Positions 30,790-39,615 of a stretch of DNA of 64,000 nt are shown in pieces (within the stretch, counting starts at the first letter, position 1; each line of letters begins with the position of its first letter). The notes below the pieces were generated by a model. The model was given only the letters and a program-made list of their open reading frames with translations, was not told the origin of the DNA and searched no databases. The stretch is from Porphyridium purpureum (Eukaryota). Position numbers and translations under genes: made by a program. The stretch is taken from NCBI GenBank assembly GCA_008690995.1, contig VRMN01000004.1:930001-994000 (forward strand). Direction: 5' to 3'.

Positions 30790-32202
30790 ATGAATGGCTG
30801 CACCTCGTTCGTGTTTGCGTCGTGGCGATCAAACTGTCGACGGCCCGGGGCGCGCTGCTCTGCGATTCAGTGCTGTGCGCAGCGCACGATGCGCACGACG
30901 GCCGACGCAGCGGGCGTTTTCAAGCGGTGCGAAGGGGTCAAGAACGCAGAGACGTTTCTGAAGGAGTACTGGCAGCGAAGACCCTTGTTGATCCGAGGCG
31001 CGTTCTCACATTTCAAAAGTCCGTTGTCAGCAAATGAGCTGGCGGGCCTGGCACTGGAGCAAGATGTCGAGTCACGTATCGTGGTAGAGAAGAACCGCCG
31101 GGAGGAACGCGCTACGGCCGACGACTGGGAGCTGAAGTGGGGACCCTTTGAGGAGAAGGTTTTCAGCGAATTGCCGGAACATGGCTACACACTGCTTGTG
31201 AACGAGGTTAATCGGCACGTTCCTGCGGTGCAGGATCTGCTGGAGCACTTCAGGTTTGTGCCCAATTATCGCATTGACGATGTGATGGTGAGTTACGCGG
31301 CGCAATACGGTGGTATTGGGCCGCACATTGACAACTACGACGTGTTCTTGCTGCAGGCCTCAGGTACCCGTAGGTGGCGCGTCGGAGAGTCACGGATTGA
31401 AGTGGAGGACGAGCAGGTCGTCCCAGACTGCTGTGTGCGAGTTCTTCAAAATGCGTTTGTACCAGACTACGACTGGACGCTCTATCCGGGTGACATGCTG
31501 TATATCCCGCCTCGCATCCCGCACTGGGGCACAGCCATGCATGATGACCAGTGCATGACCTTTTCCATTGGCTTTCGCGCACCGAAAATCAAAGACCTTG
31601 TACTGGGCTTTGCAGAGTCCGTTGCTGAGAACAAGGTTCGCGATGACGTGTTTCTGGAGGATTCGATTGAAGACCTGGTAGCAAGTGCCAAAGCGAATAA
31701 TCCGGGTTTGATTTCCAATGCGGCCATTGCTGCTGCACGCGACGCCGCCTTGAAAGTGCTCAATGATCCTCACGTATTTCGCGAATGGTTTTGCTCGGCA
31801 GTTACGGACTCGAAGCGCTTCAGGTCAGGCGACGAATTTGCACCATACATATCTTCAGAGAGCGAAGCTGAGTCATTACTTAGTGAGCTCCTGAGCAGTC
31901 ATTCCCAGCACCTGCATGTTGAGCTCACCGAGGCGTGTACGTTCGCGTATTGCGAGGAGACAACGCCAGAGGGTAATCCCATTCTGGCTCTTTTTGTGAA
32001 TGGAGACCCGCCCGAACGTGTGGACGCCACCTCCTTGCGATTTGTCCAGTTGCTGTGCAGTCGGACTTGTCGGCCTATTCATCCCACGACCGTCCGCAAA
32101 CTTTTTCGTGATGATCGCAATCCGCAGCGCATGCGCGAGCTTGTGGTTCATCTCATGACGCGTGGGTATCTCTCGATTGTAGATTCGAGGAAAGACGATT
32201 AA
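30790..32202 (+). CDS. roxA: YcfD/RoxA-type JmjC ribosomal oxygenase with transit-peptide-like leader
   Basis: FLKEYWQRRPLLIR, ELAGLALEQDVESR, RIDDVMVSYA, GPHIDNYDVFLLQ, LYIPPRIPHWG, TFSIGFRAP. Confidence 0.88.
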   Translation: MNGCTSFVFASWRSNCRRPGARCSAIQCCAQRTMRTTADAAGVFKRCEGVKNAETFLKEYWQRRPLLIRGAFSHFKSPLSANELAGLALEQDVESRIVVEKNRREERATADDWELKWGPFEEKVFSELPEHGYTLLVNEVNRHVPAVQDLLEHFRFVPNYRIDDVMVSYAAQYGGIGPHIDNYDVFLLQASGTRRWRVGESRIEVEDEQVVPDCCVRVLQNAFVPDYDWTLYPGDMLYIPPRIPHWGTAMHDDQCMTFSIGFRAPKIKDLVLGFAESVAENKVRDDVFLEDSIEDLVASAKANNPGLISNAAIAAARDAALKVLNDPHVFREWFCSAVTDSKRFRSGDEFAPYISSESEAESLLSELLSSHSQHLHVELTEACTFAYCEETTPEGNPILALFVNGDPPERVDATSLRFVQLLCSRTCRPIHPTTVRKLFRDDRNPQRMRELVVHLMTRGYLSIVDSRKDD

Positions 32203-32240
32203 CGTGTGCTCATCTCGATGAACGAAGACATGGCGACGTG

Positions 32241-32638
32241 CGAATGTTCGGTTCCGCGCCTCCCGTGTAAGTCAATCAGGGAGGGTTGATCTGTATCAGC
32301 TGCTACACCTGGGCGTCCAAGGTGAGATCGATTTTACCATGCTGCTGTATGGGGAGCTGGGTGGCGGGAAGTCGCCGCAGTTTTGGATTACATGACCGCT
32401 ATTCTGAGCGTCGTCTGCTCCGCCCGCAGACGAGTTCAGGCGATGCGGATATGGTGTAGCAGCATATGAGGCCGTGTCTTGCGTGATCATCTGTCACTGG
32501 TTAGCTAGAAATCAAACACGGAGAAGCAGACGCGCGGCGTAGTAGATTCGTCCTTTGCGTGGAGTTTGACGCCTGTTAGGAGTTTTTGGCTAAACAGGCT
32601 TTATTGAACGCAGCCTGATCCCTCATTTTCGGCATTTG
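32241..32638 (+). ncRNA. Candidate structured RNA, family unassigned
   Basis: Nested helices including a perfect 11-bp pair 32299-32309/32453-32463; G-U pairs work only on the + strand. Confidence 0.5.
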
Positions 32639-32808
32639 TCGGGCGGCTCGGGGCGCACATTGGCGCAAGCAATCTCAAGTATCCAGGAAAGTCGAGGCAA
32701 AATTTCAACGATCAAACAGGGATGCATACACACAGGCGATACGCAGATTCATATGAGAAAAAGCCACGTGCCAAGCTGTATCATCATGATCAGTATGTCC
32801 GCAGGTGG

Positions 32809-34689
32809 CTACCAAATATTCATTCGCTTCTCGGGGGCTAGATACATGCCATTGCCCTCCTTCACGCCATAGACACGCACGAATTCGTCAATGTGAGCCA
32901 GAGCCGCGTTGATGCGGAACCTCGTTGGCGAATGAGGGTCAATGGTGAGGAACTTGAGCGCGAGCTCTTCACGGATAAGCATACGCCAGATCAGCGCGTA
33001 GGACTCGAAAAAGCGCTTGTATACGTCATCTGGCACCCCGTCCGGATACTTCTTACGCAGCGCGCGTAAAGCGAGCTTGATCCCGCCAATGTCTGCCACA
33101 TTTTCGCCCAGGGTGAGCTCACCATTTACGTTCTTGCCAAAATAGGACTGTGCAGCGTAGTGTTCGACTACCACTTTGGCGCGTGCGTCGTATTCTTTGC
33201 TGTCCTCTGGTCCCCACCAATCCTTCAGCTCGCCAAAGGCGTTGAACTTGCGCCCCTTGTCGTCAAATCCGTGCGTTTGCTCGTGTCCGATCACCACGCC
33301 AATCGCACCAATATTCATTTCGTACTTGTCAAAGCCGAAAAATGGCTCCTGGAGAATGCCTGCGGGAAAAACAATCTCGTTCAAAAGCGGTGAGTAGTAT
33401 GCGTTCACAATCTGCGGATGCATGCTCCACAGCTCCCTCTCTGGCGGGGTGTAGAACTTGTCCACTTGTTCCGCCTGCCAATACCACTCCGAATAGCTCT
33501 TCCTGAGTTCGGCAAGCGATTTGCCCTCCACGCCATCCGGCCACAAACCTTCGATCGAGTGCCACTGCGTCGGGTAGCCAATCTTGACTCCAAATTTGCT
33601 GTGTTTCAACAATGCGTGCTCCTTTGTTTCGGGCGACATCCACGAAACTTCGACAAGGGTCTCGCGGAGCGCTTCAACGAGATCATCTACCATGTCCATA
33701 CACATTTTCTTCTTCTCCTCTGGGAAATGCTTTGCAACGTACAACTTGCCAAGCTCGTCACCGATGAATCCTTCCATCTTGCTGAGTGCGCGCTTCCATG
33801 GTTCGTCCATTTTCTGTTGCCCGTTGAGGAGCTTACCATGAAAGTCAAAGTGTGCCTGAATCAACTCTGCGCTCGAAAAGGGCGCGTACGTGTCCGCGAC
33901 GCGGAAAATCAGGTGACCTACAAGAGTGGAAACATCAGTGATCTTCAGCAACGCGGGGAGAAACTCCATGAGCTTGGGGTTTTGTACCACGATTTCTCGC
34001 TTCTTCTCATCCGGAATATCCAAGTGGACGAAGAAGGACGGCAAAAGCGCCTGCATGTACTCGAACTCGCGCTTGTTGTACGTAAGGTCCGGGTCGCGGC
34101 ACTCCACACGCGTCAAATGAATTTTCGCGACCGTGCTCTCAAACGCAAACACCTTTTCCGCGTCGACGTCAGGGGCACCGCTGAGCCGACACACCTGGGC
34201 AATATACTTTTTGTAAGGCTCGTGCAGATCTTTGCGATCGGTGTAGTAGCTCATATCCGGCAGGCCGAGCCCGGCTTGGCTAAAGTAGGGAACGCGGAGC
34301 TCCGGGTTTTTCGCGTCCTGCATGTTGAACATCCGAAACAAAGCCGTCACGCCCTGGGTCTGCAGCTCTCCCACTTTGCACACATAGCTCACATCATCAC
34401 ACACATCCTGCGTGATGCCATCAAACATCTGCTGGACCACCTCCGCGGGCTGGGACGCGCTCTGCTGCTGCAACGCAATGTTGTACACCGCCGCGACGAG
34501 CCCAGACTCTGGCGCCTCACAAATTACGCGACAGCGCTCCAGGTTCGCCTCGCGAAGAATCATAAACGAGCCCCACCGACTCTGGTCCTCCGGTATGATG
34601 GTGCTCTTGTAGAACTCGCCATTCACATACTCGTCGAAATCGTCCGCCGCCACATCTGCATTCGGGCGATCCACTGCCACAGGCGCCAT
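32809..34689 (-). CDS. M13 family zinc endopeptidase (PepO/neprilysin-like)
   Basis: VNAYY, IVFPAGILQ, HEQTHGFD, GENVADIGG, DPHSP; no signal peptide or TM segment. Confidence 0.93.
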   Translation of the reverse strand: MAPVAVDRPNADVAADDFDEYVNGEFYKSTIIPEDQSRWGSFMILREANLERCRVICEAPESGLVAAVYNIALQQQSASQPAEVVQQMFDGITQDVCDDVSYVCKVGELQTQGVTALFRMFNMQDAKNPELRVPYFSQAGLGLPDMSYYTDRKDLHEPYKKYIAQVCRLSGAPDVDAEKVFAFESTVAKIHLTRVECRDPDLTYNKREFEYMQALLPSFFVHLDIPDEKKREIVVQNPKLMEFLPALLKITDVSTLVGHLIFRVADTYAPFSSAELIQAHFDFHGKLLNGQQKMDEPWKRALSKMEGFIGDELGKLYVAKHFPEEKKKMCMDMVDDLVEALRETLVEVSWMSPETKEHALLKHSKFGVKIGYPTQWHSIEGLWPDGVEGKSLAELRKSYSEWYWQAEQVDKFYTPPERELWSMHPQIVNAYYSPLLNEIVFPAGILQEPFFGFDKYEMNIGAIGVVIGHEQTHGFDDKGRKFNAFGELKDWWGPEDSKEYDARAKVVVEHYAAQSYFGKNVNGELTLGENVADIGGIKLALRALRKKYPDGVPDDVYKRFFESYALIWRMLIREELALKFLTIDPHSPTRFRINAALAHIDEFVRVYGVKEGNGMYLAPEKRMNIW

Positions 34690-34862
34690 TGTTGATCCCA
34701 CGCAACCTCAACTCGCTCGCGCTCGCTTGTCAAACGTCCACGCCAATCAAGATATCCCCGCTTTCTCTTGTCCTTCGAAGCCGTCAATTGCAGCTCATAC
34801 TCTTTTTCCTCCTTCCAACCGAAACACCATGCGTTACCACAACGCTTCGTTGATGTTGTAAA

Positions 34863-34879
34863 TTTATATATTTTAATTT
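34863..34879 (+). promoter_or_regulatory. TATA-like element upstream of the permuted tRNA
   Basis: TTTATATATTTTAATTT, 30-46 nt before the tRNA 3' half in an otherwise GC-rich background. Confidence 0.6.
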
Positions 34880-34908
34880 CCCCCTCGTCAAGCATGCTTT
34901 TCTGTGGG

Positions 34909-34984
34909 ATCGGCAGGTTAGCAGTTCGATTCTGTTCACGCCCTCGATGGGCGCGTAGCTCAATGGTAGAGCGGCCGACTGCAG
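34909..34984 (+). tRNA. tRNA-Cys(GCA): Circularly permuted tRNA-Cys(GCA): 3' half 34909-34944, spacer CGAT, 5' half 34949-34984
   Basis: Rejoined halves form a cloverleaf: acceptor GGGCGCG/CACGCCC (one C-A mismatch), D arm GCTC/GAGC, anticodon stem GCCGA/TCGGC with loop CTGCAGA, T arm AGCAG-TTCGATT-CTGTT, discriminator U73. Confidence 0.9.
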
Positions 34985-34994
34985 TGTACGAAAC

Positions 34995-35003
34995 TTTCTT
35001 TTT
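34995..35003 (+). terminator. Pol III terminator-like T-tract
   Basis: TTTCTTTTT 10 nt after the tRNA 5' half. Confidence 0.65.
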
Positions 35004-35223
35004 GTGATCCACCCCAGGTTGTTATTTTTTTTTCTCTCCCTGACCTCGCTGTTGTTCTGCTTCGCAAGAGCGTGCGTGATTATTTGCTCTGTCTTGCCTT
35101 TTGCCAAAGTGCTTCGGAGATCGTCATGGAACGCGGAACACTGCGTCTCTCACTTTCTTCCAATTATTCTGTCCTGCGATGCTAAAGATTTGTCTCGATA
35201 TTCAAATTGTCCCTCCAGTTATC

Positions 35224-36684
35224 CTAGAGTAGCAAACGCTCGACGCACAGCGCGTACAAGGCAGAGCCTGCTTGTCGTAGGCGCTCGTTCTCGACGCGCA
35301 GCCGTTCGGCCTCACGGAATATCTCCATGGTCGCCACGGAAGATGGATGCATGGGGTCGTACCCAGTGTCTGCTTCGGTACTTGCGACGGCATGCCCTGG
35401 TACCGCGGCTTGCGCCCGCACTTCTCGCTCGGAATGATACAGACTGGTATCGATCAGTGCGTTGACGAAATCTGAACCGTTGTGCGAGCGTGCGTGCCCT
35501 GGCAGCGCTGGCGCGCGGACCACAGGACAGTAAGGCTTGTTCTGGTCCGCCATGTTGTGATTCCATAATTGTCTTTGCAGGTAGGCGAAAGGAAATTCCG
35601 CAAAGGGAAGCGATGGTAACGCGGCCCCTGTTGCTGGTGGTGCGTCGCTTTTGCCGCTCACAGTACTGCTGATACCACCACCTTCGACTAGATTTCCGGC
35701 CTCGCTGTCCGTGCGCCGGAGCAGCATGATTCCTGTTAACGGTGCGTGATGCTTATCGTACACGGACAAGCATATCTGGCTGTTTGCGTCCCAGCGTCGC
35801 AAAGTACCGTCCTCGCTCGCGGAGATAAGCCATGAGTCACACCACGACACCTCGACCTGCACGACCGCAGCTGCATGCCCGAGCAGCAGCTCGACGCGCG
35901 ATTGCGATCGCGCCGATGACGTGGGTACTAGGTAGAGGCACGCAATGTGCCCATTCTTCATGCCAACGTACGCGCGGGAGCTCATGTGGTTTACCTTGAC
36001 ACTGCACGCCGCACTCGGAAGCACAAAGTCGCGGATTCGAGCACCGGACGCCACGTGCCAAAGGAGAGCGCGCGCATCGTCCCCTACAGTCACAAGCACA
36101 CCGTTCGCAGAGGTACCGCAGCCCACGTCCACGTCGCGAATGGGAAGCGAGTGCCCGTCGTACGTCACTCGCGGCTTGATTGCGGCGCGTACCGAAACGG
36201 ACAAGTGTGCCCCGAAAATATCGCTCACGGCCCACGCGTACGCTACACTGTCTTCGCCGCCCGTGATCAGCAGGGCGCTGTCATCTGTCAAACGCATGCA
36301 CGTCACAGTCAGCACGTGCGCGTCCCAAACCCGACACAGCACGCCCGTCGATGTCTCCCACGCATAAACTTTTCCGTTGGCGCAGCCAGCGAACATCAAC
36401 TTGGCGTCCCGCGACGCGGCCAAGCACGTCACGGCCTCTGGGAAGGACCAGCGCACCATGCGCGGCTTGGCCGTTGCTGCGGGCGAGCCACTCGAGATCA
36501 GCACAAACGTGTGCGGTGCGGTGTACGCGAGGACCAACGCGCCCCCGAAAAGCGGGACAATCGCGCCACGCCGCGTTACACCGAGCGCCATCTGGCGCCG
36601 CGGCGCCGCATCATCCGGCTGCCACACGTGCACCGCGTTAGCTCCTACTGCGTGGCTCCATACTACATACTCGGCGGCGGCCAT
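35224..36684 (-). CDS. WDR18: WD40 protein WDR18/Ipi3 (Rix1 complex)
   Basis: PEAVTCLAAS, GKVYAWETSTG, WDAHV, TGGEDS, HSLPIRD; C-terminal coiled coil. Confidence 0.8.
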   Translation of the reverse strand: MAAAEYVVWSHAVGANAVHVWQPDDAAPRRQMALGVTRRGAIVPLFGGALVLAYTAPHTFVLISSGSPAATAKPRMVRWSFPEAVTCLAASRDAKLMFAGCANGKVYAWETSTGVLCRVWDAHVLTVTCMRLTDDSALLITGGEDSVAYAWAVSDIFGAHLSVSVRAAIKPRVTYDGHSLPIRDVDVGCGTSANGVLVTVGDDARALLWHVASGARIRDFVLPSAACSVKVNHMSSRAYVGMKNGHIACLYLVPTSSARSQSRVELLLGHAAAVVQVEVSWCDSWLISASEDGTLRRWDANSQICLSVYDKHHAPLTGIMLLRRTDSEAGNLVEGGGISSTVSGKSDAPPATGAALPSLPFAEFPFAYLQRQLWNHNMADQNKPYCPVVRAPALPGHARSHNGSDFVNALIDTSLYHSEREVRAQAAVPGHAVASTEADTGYDPMHPSSVATMEIFREAERLRVENERLRQAGSALYALCVERLLL

Positions 36685-36728
36685 GTCTCTCGTTTATCCA
36701 CCCGATTGACTCTTTTTGTGTACAAGCG

Positions 36729-37607
36729 TCACACGAGCCGAGACTGCAAGTAGGCAGTGAACGACGCGGCCTTGAAGAAAACGTTCCAGCCGTCTGCCAG
36801 ATAGACGGCGCCGCTCTTAAGGCCATCTGCGTCGAGCCCGAGTGCGTCTACATCGCTTGCAAAGCACGGCCGACCGGGCCGGCCGTGCAGCGGTCGGCAC
36901 GCCATGTACAGCGCACGGTTCGGGCCGGACTCCTCAGAGATTTGCAGGAGCACCAGCTCGGGAGATTGTGTGCGCAGAATCTTGCGCGGTACGTCGGACA
37001 GCTGCCGCCTGCGTATATTGAGCAGGAAGAACTCGTCGACGACAAACTTATCGAGGAAGCGCAAGCGACATTGGTGGAATTCGACGAGCTCGACGGGCAT
37101 CTGCACGCCAAGAGCCTCTTGAGTGGCCGTGATTTGGTCCAAGTCGGGTGGCGGTGGCCATGCGCTAAAGACATGCGAGCTATTATGGAGCTGGAAGTCG
37201 CACGCCGCTCGTGACTCGATGGCAGCGAACAAATTCCTGAGGCGCTTGCGTGTCGACATGTGCGAAGAGTGCGCGCGGAACCACGCGGCAGCGGAGGCAT
37301 CTTTCTCATCCAGGAAACCTAATGGTCGTGGCCAGCGGTCGCAGTCGGGCTCGTCACTCGATTCCGCGTGCAGCCGCGCCCACGACTCAACACTCCAACG
37401 CATTTGCATGCACTTATCATACCACACACTGCACATTCCCACACTGACCAGCTGGTACATGCGCGTGCTCACGCGGCTCACACGCGTCAGGTCCTTGACA
37501 AACTCCACATTCGACTTGCCGCGCATCAACGCCAGGACGCGCAGAAGCAGCTCATACGGCAGTTCTTCCAGCAGCCCTAGCGCTGGCGCAAGGCGTTCGC
37601 CTGGCAT
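36729..37607 (-). CDS. F-box + SMI1/KNR4-like protein
   Basis: LEELPYELLLRVL (F-box); PPPDLDQITATQEALGVQMPVELVEFH (SMI1/KNR4-like). Confidence 0.7.
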   Translation of the reverse strand: MPGERLAPALGLLEELPYELLLRVLALMRGKSNVEFVKDLTRVSRVSTRMYQLVSVGMCSVWYDKCMQMRWSVESWARLHAESSDEPDCDRWPRPLGFLDEKDASAAAWFRAHSSHMSTRKRLRNLFAAIESRAACDFQLHNSSHVFSAWPPPPDLDQITATQEALGVQMPVELVEFHQCRLRFLDKFVVDEFFLLNIRRRQLSDVPRKILRTQSPELVLLQISEESGPNRALYMACRPLHGRPGRPCFASDVDALGLDADGLKSGAVYLADGWNVFFKAASFTAYLQSRLV

Positions 37608-37647
37608 TCTCGCTCGACTCTCGCACGCACTCGCACGTTCGCTCTTT

Positions 37648-37697
37648 TCTCTCTCTCTCTCTCGCTCTCGCTCTCGCTCTCGCTCTCGCTCTCTCTC
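37648..37697. repeat. (CT)n/(CTCTCG)n microsatellite
   Basis: Seen directly, upstream of the F-box gene. Confidence 0.9.
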
Positions 37698-38007
37698 ACT
37701 ATCACAACCGCATGGACAGCCGCCCACCTGTCTCTGCAAGCGGAATGATAGTCGAAAGAAACCTGCCGGTGCCTGCGCGACATTCACACATCACGTTCTG
37801 CGAGTTGCGCACAGCTCTGAACTTGCGCAGCACCTGCGCCCCATCTGCGTTTTCTCGCGTTTGCGGTTTCGGCCTTCCCGGAAACAACTTGGACGAAACC
37901 GCTGACCGCTCGAGCTGTACACTACACTATTTTCACTGTACTTCTTCAGCATCGGTTTATCGGTTATTGACCAGAACGCAACCGGTTGGCTCTGTGGCGC
38001 GAGTCAG

Positions 38008-38658
38008 TCATCGCTGTGTTGTGTGAGGCTTGGCGTTGGACGCCAGTTTGGATCGCGTTCTCTGGATTCGTAGCTTCTTTCTCGCGTTGTATGCCTTGTG
38101 GATGGAGCCTGGTTCGTCATCTTGGTCCCTACGACGCGTCAGCTCTGATTTTTGGTTCGAGAAACACACTTCAACTCGCTTTCCGCACACCAGCGCTTTT
38201 CCGTGGATGCTGTGTATGGCTTGTTTGGCCGCTTCGCGAGACCTGCAGATCACAAAGGCCGAGCCTTGGGTATGCGCATACAAACCGAGTTTGACCGAGC
38301 GCTTCGTCGGCAGCCGCCACCGCTCGAAGCGCTCCAGCAGGGCGCGTCGCACAGTACGAGGCAGCACGCCTTTCTTTGGCAGATTCCGCACATACAGGGT
38401 CGCGCTCGTGCGGTCAATCTCTTGCGGCTGAGTTCCCAATGCTGTTATGACCAGCGGGGTTTCTTCACGTATCACAACAGCGTCGATGTCCATTTCGTCT
38501 TCCTCTTGATCCACGTTGCGTGTCTCTGCGCCTGTGGATGCGGTGGGTAGGGCATCTGACTCTCCCGCCGCCTCGGACCTTGGCACAGTTTCTGGCCTTA
38601 TGGCCTCCGCTGCCTCTAATGGCGATGCCTCATCACGTAAAAGTGTCGAGCTTTCCAT
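38008..38658 (-). CDS. Single-RRM protein, divergent U1A/U2B''-like
   Basis: TLYVRNL, TQGSAFVI, AKQAIHSIHG, GKRVEVCFSNQKSEL parallel U1A/U2B'' RRM1. Confidence 0.65.
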   Translation of the reverse strand: MESSTLLRDEASPLEAAEAIRPETVPRSEAAGESDALPTASTGAETRNVDQEEDEMDIDAVVIREETPLVITALGTQPQEIDRTSATLYVRNLPKKGVLPRTVRRALLERFERWRLPTKRSVKLGLYAHTQGSAFVICRSREAAKQAIHSIHGKALVCGKRVEVCFSNQKSELTRRRDQDDEPGSIHKAYNARKKLRIQRTRSKLASNAKPHTTQR

Positions 38659-38929
38659 GGCATATGCCGCCGAGCAGTGCAAAGATATCGCTTTCACTAC
38701 CGAAGCGAGAAAAATCTCAAACCGCGGCCTGCTGCGGCTCCGCTGCGACTCGGTCTTGAACCGCGGTCGCGGAACTTTCAATATAAGGTCGATGGCTCGC
38801 TTCTGACCCAGCACTCTACTTGACAAAGAGACCTAGTACATCTATCTTCTTGGTCTCGGCTGGACCATTCGTTCCTTACTTCGAACATGAGTGGAGCGAC
38901 GAGAAAAGATCAGATGGTCCATCGAATGC

Positions 38930-39176
38930 GCATGGTTTCCCATTACGTGGCATGTTTAGGTGCACGGCATAGTACCCGCTGGTCACGAATTGGTCCCGCA
39001 CGCCTTCGATCCAACTGCTCATGAAGCTGGCATTATCGTTGAATGGGAGAATCGCCGTGCCTATCGACCAGACTGGCACGACCACTCACGCGTCACACCT
39101 GTGTACGATCTATTCGATCTTTCATAGCGCCTCCAGGCTGCAGTGGCGGTCGCGTTCCCGGAGGACGACACGATAT
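38930..39176 (-). pseudogene. Truncated duplicate of the adjacent dienelactone hydrolase
   Basis: (ATA)SCRPPGTRPPL...KIE*...DA*VVVP...GTAILPFND...DQFVTSGYYAVH aligns with the N-terminus of 39616-40389. Confidence 0.8.
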
Positions 39177-39615
39177 TCTTGGGAATGATACGCTGTGCGA
39201 GCAGGAGGATCCCTGAAACTGGCCGCGCGGCTCGCGAATTGCAAGACTGTCCATGTCCGCGCAGCAGGTTGCTTGCCGTTAGTCCATTTGAAAAGCCAAT
39301 CCTGCAGGCCTATGCTCTTGCGCGGACGCGAAGTGATTGTGTCTCTCGACCAAGAGTCCAGAACTCCGGAAGCGTGGTTCTGAAGAGGTAGCATTCACGG
39401 GACAAAAGAGAAGCGATCCTGCCTTTCTGCTTCCGCATGGCTTTGAACGAAGCGCAATCCCTGCGGCCTTACTTGATTTGTTTACTACATTTCGGAATGT
39501 GAGATTCAATTTGGAAAGGGGAAAGCGGCTTACCACCAGTCAGCACTGACGACTCTGTCCGCCGCAAAAGTTGAGGTTCAAGTCGCCATGTCAACGACAC
39601 GGAAGCTTCTTGAAT

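Noticed and set aside
32530..32600. U2/U4 snRNA-like words (GTAGTA, TTTTGGCTAA, CTTTGCG)
   Set aside because: Wrong order and spacing, and the flanking conserved snRNA sequence is missing.
32686..32700. GGAAAGTC as RNase P/MRP CR-I
   Set aside because: No complementary P4/CR-V strand in the non-coding sequence downstream.
33418..34695. 425-aa + strand ORF
   Set aside because: Antisense shadow of the M13 peptidase.
34949..35100. Conventional intron-containing tRNA-Cys starting at 34949
   Set aside because: No TCGGC, T-arm or acceptor 3' strand downstream. A T-tract follows, and the matching half lies upstream.
39570..39600. GGTTCAAGTC as a tRNA T-loop
   Set aside because: No T-stem, D-arm or anticodon arm on either side.
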